The notes under the pieces were generated by a model. It saw only the letters and a list, made by a program, of their open reading frames with translations. It made no database searches and was not told the DNA's origin. A DNA stretch of 64,000 nt, from positions 124,001-188,000 of IMG/VR virus record IMGVR_UViG_3300033182_000980. One strand, written 5' to 3'. The position numbers and the translations under genes were made by a program. Shown in pieces: positions 9,525-19,135 of the stretch; the first letter of the stretch is position 1, and each line of letters starts with the position of its first letter.

Positions 9525-10112
9525 TTAGGCTGTTCGATCAATGATGTCTCTTTGTGTTGGTGTGGGTACAAAATCAAAGACCTCTTTTGCGGGTATAGAC
9601 GGTGGTCTAAAATCATCTATTGTAGGTCGCTCCACAGGTTTAGACTTACGCTTAGGTTTGCTCTTGCGTTTTACCCTTCTCTTAACAGGTCGTGGCTTCG
9701 GTCGAGATACAGGTGTGAACCTTTTTTGAGCTTCGGTAACACCCTTATTAAGAAGTCTCTCAACCTCTTTTGTTTCAACAGACCTTCTGATTACTGCTCT
9801 TGTCTCTTTATCAAGTTCTCTTTTGATCTTCTCTTGCATAAACTTCTCAGTGTTTTTGATCAGTGTAGAGGACGCTAGGGTGATGATCTGACCCTTGGGA
9901 GTCTTTACACCACCCCTCGTTGATAAGATCGCAATCGCCACTTCCTTTGCGACTCTGACTGCCACCCTTTTTATGTAGGCTTTCTCTTCTTTTGTTAACT
10001 GCTTAGTCTCACCTTGTTGAGCTAAACGATTAAAACGACCCATTGGGGTGTCTTGAGCAAACCCTACATTGGTAGCAAATAACACAGTAAAGGCGATGAG
10101 CAAGTGTCTCAT
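9525..10112 (-). CDS. Hypothetical secreted protein
   Basis: Signal-peptide-like N-terminus; RBS AAGGA. Confidence 0.6.
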   Translation of the reverse strand: MRHLLIAFTVLFATNVGFAQDTPMGRFNRLAQQGETKQLTKEEKAYIKRVAVRVAKEVAIAILSTRGGVKTPKGQIITLASSTLIKNTEKFMQEKIKRELDKETRAVIRRSVETKEVERLLNKGVTEAQKRFTPVSRPKPRPVKRRVKRKSKPKRKSKPVERPTIDDFRPPSIPAKEVFDFVPTPTQRDIIDRTA

Positions 10113-10210
10113 ATAAGTCCTTTCGCTAAGGTTAAGTCATGGCAATCCTTATAACTGCCACCTACCTAATCTTATACGAAACGACTTTTATTCACTCGGT
10201 GAAATATGTT

Positions 10211-11488
10211 TCACCCTAAGAACCTTCCTACCTTAACAATCACTGACTCCTCATCCGAACGAATGTCTCCCTCCCAAATCACAAGGCAATCCAGCCCCAC
10301 CTCCGCATAAGCCTCTATCGTATTACGCTCATGCTCCTCTTTACTCATTCCTGTTAACGCTTGTGAGTGCCAATACCTACCAAAACACTCGACCACCTTT
10401 GTAGCACCCCTATAAGGATGTTCGGGATCATCACTCACACAAACTACAAAGTCTGGGTTCTTAAAGCCACCAATCGAACCGTCAAAGTTCTTCTTGCTTG
10501 GAAGAAATCTCCAATATGCCCCATTACCTGTAAAGGTGAGATTGTCGCTATATGAAGCTACCCTCGACTCAAACTTGTTCATCTCTTTCTGACTCATAAG
10601 CAAGATAGGGAACTCCACACCATACCTTGCTTTTAGAGTATCTTGAACCTTACCCCAATGTCCCTCAATAGCACCTGGAAACTCAACCCCATAACGATCC
10701 ATCATCGTAGCCCTAATCTCCCCCTTGCCTTGCTCGGACGCAAAGTAGTGGCTTCCATAGTTTTCAATCATCGTCTTGAGTTGTTTCTGCCTAAACTCCT
10801 CCACAGCACTCGTGTAAGGCACACCGTATCGCTCCATGTTAGTCGCTACAACCTTCTCCATGACTTCTTCACTCATGCTAGGGATCGGCACTCCATAACG
10901 CTCTATATTCGTTGCCTCAATCTTAGCCCTTAGCTCTGCTGACCCGAATAGCGTCCCACCATACCTCTCAAGATTAGTAGCCAATGTCTTAGCCTTGACC
11001 CCATCATTCTGTTGAGGGTTGACTACACCATATTTCTCAAGGTTCGTCTGCTTGATCTTATCCTGTACGCTCTCCCAAGCAAAAGGGTTATCCTTACCCT
11101 TTAAGATTGGACGCTTACCATCAAGAGCCTCTTGCACCTTTTCAAAGACACTACTCTCCTTTGAGAAAGGGTTCTCTGCACCATAACGCTTGAGGTTAGT
11201 CTGTTTACGCTTCTCCACAGACTCTTTGCTGTGGGCAGGATTCTCAACCCCATAACGATTTAACATAGTTTGTTTGCGTCTAAACTTTGAGATCGCTTTC
11301 TTATCTCGACTTTGCCATACCCCACATCCACTCTTATGTCTTTTCATCTGTGAGTTTGAGGTAGATTCATGTCCACAGATACATGGTGTGATTGGTTCGG
11401 GTTTCCAGTTAGGCCAGCACTTTGCCATGTGGCGGCTATTGATTCGATCCCCTTTGAACTCTCTTTTACAGTGAGGGCAAGTAGCCAT
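10211..11488 (-). CDS. Putative homing endonuclease (Zn fingers, YG repeats, Vsr/DUF559-like nuclease)
   Basis: N-terminal CPHC and C.CGH motifs; nine (R/K/N)YG repeats; C-terminal NPDFV...VVECFGRYWH...CLVIWE. Confidence 0.8.
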   Translation of the reverse strand: MATCPHCKREFKGDRINSRHMAKCWPNWKPEPITPCICGHESTSNSQMKRHKSGCGVWQSRDKKAISKFRRKQTMLNRYGVENPAHSKESVEKRKQTNLKRYGAENPFSKESSVFEKVQEALDGKRPILKGKDNPFAWESVQDKIKQTNLEKYGVVNPQQNDGVKAKTLATNLERYGGTLFGSAELRAKIEATNIERYGVPIPSMSEEVMEKVVATNMERYGVPYTSAVEEFRQKQLKTMIENYGSHYFASEQGKGEIRATMMDRYGVEFPGAIEGHWGKVQDTLKARYGVEFPILLMSQKEMNKFESRVASYSDNLTFTGNGAYWRFLPSKKNFDGSIGGFKNPDFVVCVSDDPEHPYRGATKVVECFGRYWHSQALTGMSKEEHERNTIEAYAEVGLDCLVIWEGDIRSDEESVIVKVGRFLG

Positions 11489-11661
11489 AAGTAAATCCTT
11501 TCTGCTTGAGTTAGGGTTTACTTATATGAAAAGTAAGCAATCGGTCAAGACTTTTTGTCCTACCCCACAGCCCACATAGGGTTCAAAATATACCCTCAAA
11601 GTACAGATACCAACACCATACTTTCGTTGCTTACCTCAATACGCCTCTGCCTACATAGGGA

Positions 11662-12546
11662 TCAAAGAAAGTTTCGAGGTGCTAAAACGCCCCGACCCAC
11701 ATGGGGTCCGAAGGCGGAGCGGATACCCACACCGTACTTGGGCTGTTTTAACCCACGCATATATTTTGTAGTGCGAGCTTTTGCTTCGACAGACATCGAC
11801 CACATTTGCTCGGCAGAGGATTTGAGTCCTTCATACTTGCTTGATCTGTCGATGTTGAGTGAGATGCCACCTATCGAATAGTCAAACTCGTCCACGATCC
11901 AGTTTGCTTGTAGAGCCATAGCCGCAAACTGTATAGCACCTTGAAGGATAGGGGTTCTCCAAGCAGGTTTTTGGTTTACGAGAGCATCGAGGTTTTGGAG
12001 TTCTTCAGTTTCGGGTGGTTGCATATTCCACCAGTCTAAAGCTCGCTCTAGGTACTCTAGGAACTCCTCGTCCTCCCACACTTGACCAAAGACTCGGTTG
12101 TACGAACCGATATTCGCTTCATGCTCTGGTGGTCTGAAGTGATAATACTTGTCTGGGCAGTTGTGGACAACCACATCAGAACCTTCGAGTACAAGGTTAT
12201 GGTTCTCCTCAACAGTAAGGTCGAACATAAAGGGTCTGTTTTCGATGACCTCGATATTGGAAATCTTAGTTGTTCCTTGTGATGTCTGTAAGCTAAGTCC
12301 TACGGACAGCTCTTCTGCTGGAACACAAAGGTTAGGAGACATATAGACTCGGTGTCCACCTGTGATAGTGAGATGTTTACCTTGCTCTGTGGTGATTTTA
12401 TAAATGGGTTCAATAGGTGTAGGGTTCTTATGGGCTTTAGAGATCTGCTTCCAAGAGAAATCACCTTGAGTGTCCATAGATTTGATTGATAGCTTCCCTT
12501 TTTTGAAAGCGTCTTTAATCTTCTGTGTTTGTTCTTGAGATGTCAT
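11662..12546 (-). CDS. C-half of fractured gene: IntC (aa 1-129) plus 165-aa C-extein, putative virion neck/head-completion protein
   Basis: Intein block B ITGGH, block F MFDLTVEENHNL, block G VVHN followed by +1 Cys. Own RBS AAGGAG; ATGA overlap with the upstream stop. Confidence 0.9.
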   Translation of the reverse strand: MTSQEQTQKIKDAFKKGKLSIKSMDTQGDFSWKQISKAHKNPTPIEPIYKITTEQGKHLTITGGHRVYMSPNLCVPAEELSVGLSLQTSQGTTKISNIEVIENRPFMFDLTVEENHNLVLEGSDVVVHNCPDKYYHFRPPEHEANIGSYNRVFGQVWEDEEFLEYLERALDWWNMQPPETEELQNLDALVNQKPAWRTPILQGAIQFAAMALQANWIVDEFDYSIGGISLNIDRSSKYEGLKSSAEQMWSMSVEAKARTTKYMRGLKQPKYGVGIRSAFGPHVGRGVLAPRNFL

Positions 12547-13418
12547 AGTCCCAACTCCTTTTCAGTCCATGTTTGGTAAGACCAACCATTATCTTCAGCA
12601 ACTTTTTGAGACAGGGCTAACCTAGCGATAACATCTTCTCGGTTTAAAGCCCATTGTGGTTTAACTTCAACAAGAGTAGTAGATCCATCTTGATAGTGGA
12701 CAACAAAGTCGGGGAGTATTGTTCTTCCAGCAACTTTGTATATTGGCTCATAGGTATAGCTTTTGACATTAGGGTCTGACTCTAAGATGGAGATTGTCTT
12801 TGCTTCATAGCTTGAGCGAACACGAACCTCATCTTTATTGCCTTTAGGAGTAGCCTCTATTGAGGTTTTGCCTCTAAGGTAAGGTGTTGGGTTCTCTTTC
12901 ATTCTAATCGCTTGATCGTTCGATCTCCTTGCTCTTTCTTCGGGATCGTGGTGAAAGTCCATGAGCTTCTGCTTCACATCTGGATTTCCCCACACATCCT
13001 CTAAACTGTGGGCAGAAGCCTTTGCTTTGGAAATCGGATTGTCCCACCCCTTTTTAAGATTATCACGCTCATGTTGTGGTCGAACTCTCCCCCGATGGAA
13101 GTCAAAGTCTCCTTTAGCCCATTGTTTTTTTAGTTGCTCAGACCTATCCATACCTTTGGTAGATCGACCTGCATTAGCACCTAGCTTCTTGCGTTTGTCT
13201 TGAACTGCTTTACAGCCTTTCGCTTTGGTCAGCCTCTGAATAGACCCGTTGGAAAGACCTGTGATTTCGGTCATCTCTTTCCAAGAGAACCCTTGCTTAT
13301 GGAGATGTGAAACAAGAGCAGAACGCTTTTCTACAATCTCTTTAGCTACTCGACCTTTTTTGTTCAGTTGCTCTATTGTGAGGTCAAACTTAACTAGCAG
13401 TTCTTCAAGCATTTTCAT
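12543..13418 (-). CDS. Free-standing endonuclease (HTH plus TnsA-like PD-(D/E)XK domain) lying between the intein halves
   Basis: N-terminal HTH GFSWKEMTEITGLSNGSIQR; C-terminal RSSYE...DPNV..Y.YEP...PDFVV.Y.DG...LVEVKP; RBS AGGAG. Confidence 0.8.
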   Translation of the reverse strand: MKMLEELLVKFDLTIEQLNKKGRVAKEIVEKRSALVSHLHKQGFSWKEMTEITGLSNGSIQRLTKAKGCKAVQDKRKKLGANAGRSTKGMDRSEQLKKQWAKGDFDFHRGRVRPQHERDNLKKGWDNPISKAKASAHSLEDVWGNPDVKQKLMDFHHDPEERARRSNDQAIRMKENPTPYLRGKTSIEATPKGNKDEVRVRSSYEAKTISILESDPNVKSYTYEPIYKVAGRTILPDFVVHYQDGSTTLVEVKPQWALNREDVIARLALSQKVAEDNGWSYQTWTEKELGL

Positions 13419-13905
13419 CTCCTATGATGTCATATAGTTCTTCGATAGGGAGTGTGATCTTTTCACCGTCAGCATCAACAGTGACGAGTTCTTCTCCAGC
13501 AAGGCACTGATCTCTAAGGAGCATACGCAACTTATAGATCATTTGTTTTTGACCCTCGGTGAGTTGTAATCCGAGTACAGCGTTCTCTGCGACTACCCCG
13601 AACTCTTGGACAACCGTTTGGGGTTGGCTGTTGACCAACTCTTTGAGCGTCCATCGTATGCGATAGCGACCATAGGTAGCTGTGGTGGGTATGCGTACAG
13701 AGGCATAGTATTCACCAACAGATGGGTTTTCTGGTATGCGAGCAGGATCACCAATGAGTACATCAGTTTCGGGTGGTCCAGGATCAACATAATAAAGTGC
13801 GTAAGTGATCTCGGCGGCGTTTGCGACATTCCCATTTGAGTTTGTGAGGAAGATGTCGAGGTCGCCACGAGAGAGGATTTGATTTCTTTTAAATGCTACA
13901 GCCAT
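13405..13905 (-). CDS. N-half of fractured gene: 133-aa N-extein plus 33-aa IntN
   Basis: Ends LRDQ/CLAGEELVTVDADGEKITLPIEELYDIIGDENA, i.e. intein block A; Cys codon at 13506-13504; RBS AAGGAGG. Confidence 0.9.
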   Translation of the reverse strand: MAVAFKRNQILSRGDLDIFLTNSNGNVANAAEITYALYYVDPGPPETDVLIGDPARIPENPSVGEYYASVRIPTTATYGRYRIRWTLKELVNSQPQTVVQEFGVVAENAVLGLQLTEGQKQMIYKLRMLLRDQCLAGEELVTVDADGEKITLPIEELYDIIGDENA

Positions 13906-14017
13906 GATGTGAGCCTCCTTTAATAAAGGTTGGGTTATAAACGAGCTAAAAATCCTCTTAATATCTTTTATATTGTAGGGGTTTAGTAAGTTATACCAAT
14001 TACAAAGGAGATACCTT

Positions 14018-14545
14018 ATGTGTGTGATTACAGAGGGGATTACAGCTCAACTGCTTAAAGGGGGTCTAGTCCGACTCAATGACGGATCTGTTTATAGGTT
14101 AGAAGACTGCAAGCTAGAAGCAGGGGGTCGTCTTGTTCTTGCTGTGGGTATTAAAAGGGAGAAGCCTAGACCGAAGCCTAGACTAAAAATAGTGGGGGAA
14201 GTGAACCTTGAGGGAGTAGAGGTGAGTTTGGGTGATTTCTCTTTGGAGACACAAGAGATCATCTTACACCCACCTAAAGAGCCACCACCTCCATTTGAAC
14301 CTCCAGCTACTCTTATTCCTTTTAGTGTTGTGGGAGCGACTTTGCTTTATCTGCTCAAGAAGGTGTCTGGTCTTGATCGTAAGTTAAAGCATGGTTCATG
14401 TGAAGTAAGACATCAAGAAGCGATTACTCGTATTGCGAAGTTAGAGGGTAAGGTCTTGAGGAAGCAGGTTGTGGACGGGGGTAAAGCAGTTAAAGCTAAA
14501 CTTGATGAGAGGAAGGCGAATAAGGGTAATGATGGGGGAGTCTAA
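14018..14545 (+). CDS. Membrane protein, possibly holin-like
   Basis: One TM segment followed by a coiled coil (CEVRHQEAITRIAKLEG); directly upstream of a CHAP-containing gene. Confidence 0.45.
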   Translation: MCVITEGITAQLLKGGLVRLNDGSVYRLEDCKLEAGGRLVLAVGIKREKPRPKPRLKIVGEVNLEGVEVSLGDFSLETQEIILHPPKEPPPPFEPPATLIPFSVVGATLLYLLKKVSGLDRKLKHGSCEVRHQEAITRIAKLEGKVLRKQVVDGGKAVKAKLDERKANKGNDGGV

Positions 14546-14601
14546 AGGGCTTAATACTTTTTTTATACTCGTCCATGTAGGTAAACGAAGGAGAACGACT
14601 T

Positions 14602-15987
14602 ATGAAAATACTTGTAGGTGGAGATGTCAGCTTTGGAAGAATCTATGAAGATGAGAGGATTTCTTATTCAGCACCTTTGTGTTTAGCTTCCATAGGCGAG
14701 TTGGAGCGAGATTATTGTATCTTTAATCTTGAGAGCCTTTTTTGCGATGACTGGAAGGCAAATAAAAGAGATGTAGATGAGAAGTGGGGTACGAGCTACA
14801 CCCATGCTAATCCAGAAGATGTGAAGCATCTCATTGAGTGTGATGTAGATCATGTTTCCTTAGCTAACAACCATACACTTGATTGGGGTGAGGCAGGGGT
14901 CGAACAGACCTGTAAAGTCCTCAACAAGTTTGGCATCTCACATTCTGGATGTGGTTCTAATGATAGGACTCACATAGATAAAGAGAAGAAAATAATAGTG
15001 TTCTCGATAGATACGGTTGAGTGCCACTACAAAAAAGAAGATCCTTTAAACTGCAAAGAGGACATCAAAGACTTCTTTAAAGAGGTTAAAGAGCTTAGAG
15101 CAAAGCACGAGGATTACCTTCTGATTTGTTGTGTTCATTGGGGTCGGTTTAGGGTGAGTCCGAACAAGGGTCAGAAATCTATGGGTCGGAAGCTCATCGA
15201 CTGTGGCATTGATGTTGTTTTAGGTAATCATTCACATAAGGTGCAATACTTCGAGATGTACAAGGGTAAGCCTCTGTTTTACTCATTAGGGAACTTGTAC
15301 TTCACTCATAGAAATCCAGAATACAATAAGCCACCAAATGTTCATTACGCTTACCTCTCAACTCTTAACTTTGAGGGGCGAGATTTTAAAGGTGTAGACC
15401 ACCATCAAACTTGGTGTGACGATAAGAAGGTGGTTCTTAAAGAGGAGAAGCCCTCTAATCTTGGATTAGAAGCGTTGAGGTTTGCTCGGAGCTATATTGG
15501 CTTTGGGGAGTCCGAGCATACGACTAATGTTGGTTGGTTTATGAAGCACATAGACGCACCCAATAAGGAGACAGCGGCGTGGTGTGCGAGGTTTGTATTT
15601 TACTGTATTAAGAAAGCCTGTGAAGAGAATGGTATTGATCCAGTCCTAGAGAAGAATGACAAGACTGGATATGCTAAAGAGCTTTATAAGCAGATTGCAG
15701 AGATCGGGTATGTCTCATTAAATCCTATGCCTGGAGACATTATCGTTTGGGACAGGAAAGAGGAAGGAAACAAGAACGGACATATCGGGATAATAGAGTA
15801 TGTAGAGGGAGATAAGATCACAGCCATTGAAGGAAACAGAGCACCAAATCCTGGTTCAAAGGTTGATCGTTTTACTTACTCTTTGAACGAGCTTTTAAAC
15901 TACAAAGAGTGGGATGACGAAGATAAGCATTTCCATCTTTTTGAAGGGTTTGCTCGCCTACCTCATCTTAAAAAGTTGGACAAGTAA
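14602..15987 (+). CDS. CapA-family metallophosphoesterase fused to a CHAP amidase/peptidase
   Basis: CapA motifs GD, NLES, LANNHTLDWG, HWG, GNHSH, YSLGN. CHAP motifs AWCARFV, PGDIIVW, GHIGIIE, IEGN. Confidence 0.85.
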   Translation: MKILVGGDVSFGRIYEDERISYSAPLCLASIGELERDYCIFNLESLFCDDWKANKRDVDEKWGTSYTHANPEDVKHLIECDVDHVSLANNHTLDWGEAGVEQTCKVLNKFGISHSGCGSNDRTHIDKEKKIIVFSIDTVECHYKKEDPLNCKEDIKDFFKEVKELRAKHEDYLLICCVHWGRFRVSPNKGQKSMGRKLIDCGIDVVLGNHSHKVQYFEMYKGKPLFYSLGNLYFTHRNPEYNKPPNVHYAYLSTLNFEGRDFKGVDHHQTWCDDKKVVLKEEKPSNLGLEALRFARSYIGFGESEHTTNVGWFMKHIDAPNKETAAWCARFVFYCIKKACEENGIDPVLEKNDKTGYAKELYKQIAEIGYVSLNPMPGDIIVWDRKEEGNKNGHIGIIEYVEGDKITAIEGNRAPNPGSKVDRFTYSLNELLNYKEWDDEDKHFHLFEGFARLPHLKKLDK

Positions 15988-16826
15988 TGAAGATACTAGT
16001 TGGAGGAGACATATCCTTTGGTCGTATTTACAAAGGAAAAGAAATCCATTATGGCACTGATGGGTGTCTAACCGAGCTTGCTTTGATCCCTAGAGATTAT
16101 TCTATTTTCAATCTTGAGAGTCCTCTCACAAGGAAACCAAGAGTGAAACTACCTAAGCCACACGCTGGTGTTTATTTGTATGGTGAGATCAGTGATGTTA
16201 GGCATCTTTTAGACTCAGATGTGGACTATCTCTCTCTAGCCAACAATCACGCTATGGACTTTGCTTCAAGTGTCGAAGATACAATCTCCACTCTTGATAA
16301 GGTTGGCATCTCACATTCGGGTACAGGCACAGACTATTTGAAGCCCCATATAGATCACGATCTTGGGTTGGCGATTTTCTCAGCCGACTTAATCGGTAAG
16401 TATGCGTATGAAGATCCTGTCTGTTGTGGCCCTTACTTTCTTGACTTGTTGGTAAAAAAAGTCATCCCTCATTATCGAAAGCTAATTCCCGATTATGCGT
16501 TCCTATGTTGCGTACATTGGGGAGCTGAATATGAAATGCCAACTGAGGAGCAAAAGAGGGTCGGTAAAAGGCTCATTGATTGTGGTGTGGATATGGTTAT
16601 CGGTCATCACCCTCATGTAATACAGCCTATGGAAGTCTATAAAGGTAAGCCTATTTTTTATTCTTTAGGCAACTTGTACTTTACTCATCACAGGAAAGAC
16701 TTAGAAGCGAGGGATGATACACATCTTGGTTGCTTATCTTTAGTTGAAATGAATGGTAGAGAGTATGTAGGGCATACCGATTACCATACATGGACGATAA
16801 GTGGAGAGAGAGTGTTTTTGTTATGA
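15987..16826 (+). CDS. CapA-family metallophosphoesterase (standalone paralog)
   Basis: GDISFGR, NLES, LANNHAMDF, HWG.EY, GHHPHVIQP, YSLGN. Confidence 0.9.
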   Translation: MKILVGGDISFGRIYKGKEIHYGTDGCLTELALIPRDYSIFNLESPLTRKPRVKLPKPHAGVYLYGEISDVRHLLDSDVDYLSLANNHAMDFASSVEDTISTLDKVGISHSGTGTDYLKPHIDHDLGLAIFSADLIGKYAYEDPVCCGPYFLDLLVKKVIPHYRKLIPDYAFLCCVHWGAEYEMPTEEQKRVGKRLIDCGVDMVIGHHPHVIQPMEVYKGKPIFYSLGNLYFTHHRKDLEARDDTHLGCLSLVEMNGREYVGHTDYHTWTISGERVFLL

Positions 16827-17047
16827 GCAAGAAAAAGTACGAGAAGATAGACCACCCCGACCATTATCAAGCAAAGGGGATGGAAGCCATAGATGTGATT
16901 GAGGCTTACAACCTCAACTTTTCGCTTGGGTCTGCGATCAAGTACATCTTGAGAGCTGGAAAGAAACCAGGTGAGAGTTCTATTGAGGACTTGAACAAAG
17001 CGATCTGGTATCTTCAACGAGAGGTAGAGAGACACCAAGAGAGTTGA
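16823..17047 (+). CDS. DUF3310-like phage protein
   Basis: IDHPDHY...EAIDVI...GSAIKYILRAGKK...EDLNKAIWYL. Confidence 0.85.
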   Translation: MSKKKYEKIDHPDHYQAKGMEAIDVIEAYNLNFSLGSAIKYILRAGKKPGESSIEDLNKAIWYLQREVERHQES

Positions 17048-17080
17048 TTTCATATAAGGGGTTATTATCTGACCTCTTTT

Positions 17081-17548
17081 ATGAAAGGACTGCTCATGTC
17101 TAATATGGAGACTTCTCGTGAAGCACTTGAGTCCATTGAGCCTCAAATCACAAACATAACAGATCGGGTTTACCGACACATCCTCTCTAAAGGCGATCAA
17201 GGCATAACAGACGATGAGGGCTTTAGGGCGTTGGGTATGAACCCAAATACATATCGTCCATGTCGGATCAATCTCATGGATAAAGGTCTTGTTCTTAACA
17301 CGAATACTAAGGGCATCACCGAGTCGGGTCGAAAGGCTTGGCGATGGAAGGCTGTGCCAGAGTCTGAAGCTGTGCCTCCAAAGCGAGTAAAAAAGAGACA
17401 ACGAAAGACGCTCCCCTCTGTTGATCCTGTACCTTTGCCCGAAGGATATGACATCAGCCTCAAAGATGCGAGAAATCGTATGCTCGCTAAGTTAGATGTG
17501 GCAGACGAGTGCCGTTGTCCGTGTTGTGGGGTCAGCGTCAGTAAGTAG
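17081..17548 (+). CDS. Putative winged-helix DNA-binding protein with C-terminal CPCC
   Basis: GITDDE...LGMNPNT.RP.RINL.DKGLV......TESGRKA pattern. Confidence 0.55.
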   Translation: MKGLLMSNMETSREALESIEPQITNITDRVYRHILSKGDQGITDDEGFRALGMNPNTYRPCRINLMDKGLVLNTNTKGITESGRKAWRWKAVPESEAVPPKRVKKRQRKTLPSVDPVPLPEGYDISLKDARNRMLAKLDVADECRCPCCGVSVSK

Positions 17549-17782
17549 TGTCATTTATTGATGGGTAGTAAGGTATAACCTTTAAATTAAATCCAGAATA
17601 AAGACACTTGAAATGAACCGACAACTTTATTGTGCCTTAGTCAGCCTAGCTTGCTTCTTCTATGCCCGATACCTCAACTCAAAGTCCTCGGAGGGAATGA
17701 GTGATGAAGAGTATCGGGATAGGCTCAATGACATCACATTCTATTCTCTGTTTGGAACGACTGCGTTGTTGTTGAGCTTCTT

Positions 17783-18328
17783 TTAGCGTTTGATAGAGAT
17801 GACGAGATCACTGCCCCCTCTAGCTGTGAAGTCAATGCCCCTAGCTAACTTCTCTGCGTCAATGTAATCAACCTCATCGCCTTCATCATAGTTAGCATTT
17901 TGTTCAGCAACCCCTAAGTTATATTCATTAATCCATTCACTATTTTTAAACCCATTAATGAAGGCTGTCTGAAATCGTCCGTCCACTGCAATAAACTTTC
18001 CTGTTTTTGAACAAACAAGCCCAGCCCACCAGCGAGCACTAGGTTTAGTTGCAGGTAAAACATCTACGCCAGAAAGGACAATCTCTCCATGACGCAAAAG
18101 AAAACCTGCCCAGTTATCCCCAAGAGCACGACCAACCTTATTTGAGAGGGTCATTACTTCTTTACGCTTCATACCCTTAGCTTCTTCCCATAAGGGGAGT
18201 TTGATTCTTAGCTGACTAAGAATCTTTACAACCTCGGTGGACTTGATGTGGTTTTCAGACGCTTGTCTTTCGAGCCGAGCGACTCTCATTTCAAGGCTTC
18301 TGATTACTTCACTTGCTGATTTTCTCAT
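17783..18328 (-). CDS. Leader-tagged protein 1 (MRKSASEVIRSLEMRVARLERQAS)
   Basis: Start reassigned to ATG 18328 (GGAG RBS); shared leader; motif B upstream. Confidence 0.8.
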   Translation of the reverse strand: MRKSASEVIRSLEMRVARLERQASENHIKSTEVVKILSQLRIKLPLWEEAKGMKRKEVMTLSNKVGRALGDNWAGFLLRHGEIVLSGVDVLPATKPSARWWAGLVCSKTGKFIAVDGRFQTAFINGFKNSEWINEYNLGVAEQNANYDEGDEVDYIDAEKLARGIDFTARGGSDLVISIKR

Positions 18329-18379
18329 GGTTTTTTCTCCATTCAAGGTTAAGGTTAAAGAGATCACCAATGAGAAGAT

Positions 18380-18391
18380 ATAAACAAACTA
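18380..18391 (-). promoter_or_regulatory. Motif B (TAGTTTGTTTAT)
   Basis: Upstream of leader-tagged ORF 18328. Confidence 0.55.
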
Positions 18392-19135
18392 TTGGTCTAG
18401 GGGTGGGATCTTCCCATGCTTGACGAAGTTAGCGTGGGCGAGAGGCCATAGCTTTTGGATTTGCCGAGAAATCTCTCTAGCGAGTAGTTTGATCTCCCAT
18501 TGAGCGTCAGCGTGATCTCGTTTAGCAATAAAGCTATTAACCCAGTTGTGGAGAGAACCTGTCGCCCAATAAGTTGTGTATAGGTTCTGTGGAAGAACCA
18601 TACGAGCTTGATCTCTTGCGACCCCTTTTTCGACTAACTGATTATAGAGTCGGATAGATTCAGTCGCATGGTTCTTGATAGCAGAGACAGCATCTAGCTT
18701 GAGGAACTTAGGGAAGTCATTGGGGTCGAACTCAACTACAGGGTTGAAGGTTTCGTCAAGGCTGGCTTGCCTGTTCTTAGTGTCTTGCTTACGCATCTCA
18801 CTTGGGAAGTAAAACTCGATGTCCGAGCTTGTGTATCGCCTAGAAATCTCGTTGTAAGAAAATGTTCTGTGTCTCATCTGTTGTCGTGCAACGAAGAGGG
18901 GGGCTTTGATCCAAAACGATACGACATTATGTTCTGTGGTTGAGGTGTGCCCTTCTTTGATGAGGAAGTTGCAGAGTCGTTCCTCACGCTCACCCATCTC
19001 TGTGCTGACTTGCCCTAGACTCGCCCTAGCACTGTTGACGATTGTGAGGTCATCGCCCATAGCTTGAATGAGGGCTACTCCTCCGATACCGTCATCATAA
19101 ATACTGACCATCTCAGATCTAAAGTCATTCGTCAT
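18389..19135 (-). CDS. thyX: FAD-dependent thymidylate synthase
   Basis: ThyX motif RHRTFSYNEISRRY, plus GH.STTEH and ARDQARMVLPQ. Confidence 0.95.
   Translation of the reverse strand: MTNDFRSEMVSIYDDGIGGVALIQAMGDDLTIVNSARASLGQVSTEMGEREERLCNFLIKEGHTSTTEHNVVSFWIKAPLFVARQQMRHRTFSYNEISRRYTSSDIEFYFPSEMRKQDTKNRQASLDETFNPVVEFDPNDFPKFLKLDAVSAIKNHATESIRLYNQLVEKGVARDQARMVLPQNLYTTYWATGSLHNWVNSFIAKRDHADAQWEIKLLAREISRQIQKLWPLAHANFVKHGKIPPLDQ

Noticed and set aside
12547-13404. Group I intron carrying an endonuclease as the explanation for the interrupted gene
   Set aside because: Both halves have their own SD and start/stop, coupled to the middle ORF, and no intron core was recognisable. A split intein fits better; RT-PCR would settle it.
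16781-17401. 206-aa minus-strand ORF
   Set aside because: Antisense to two well-supported plus-strand genes; no features of its own.
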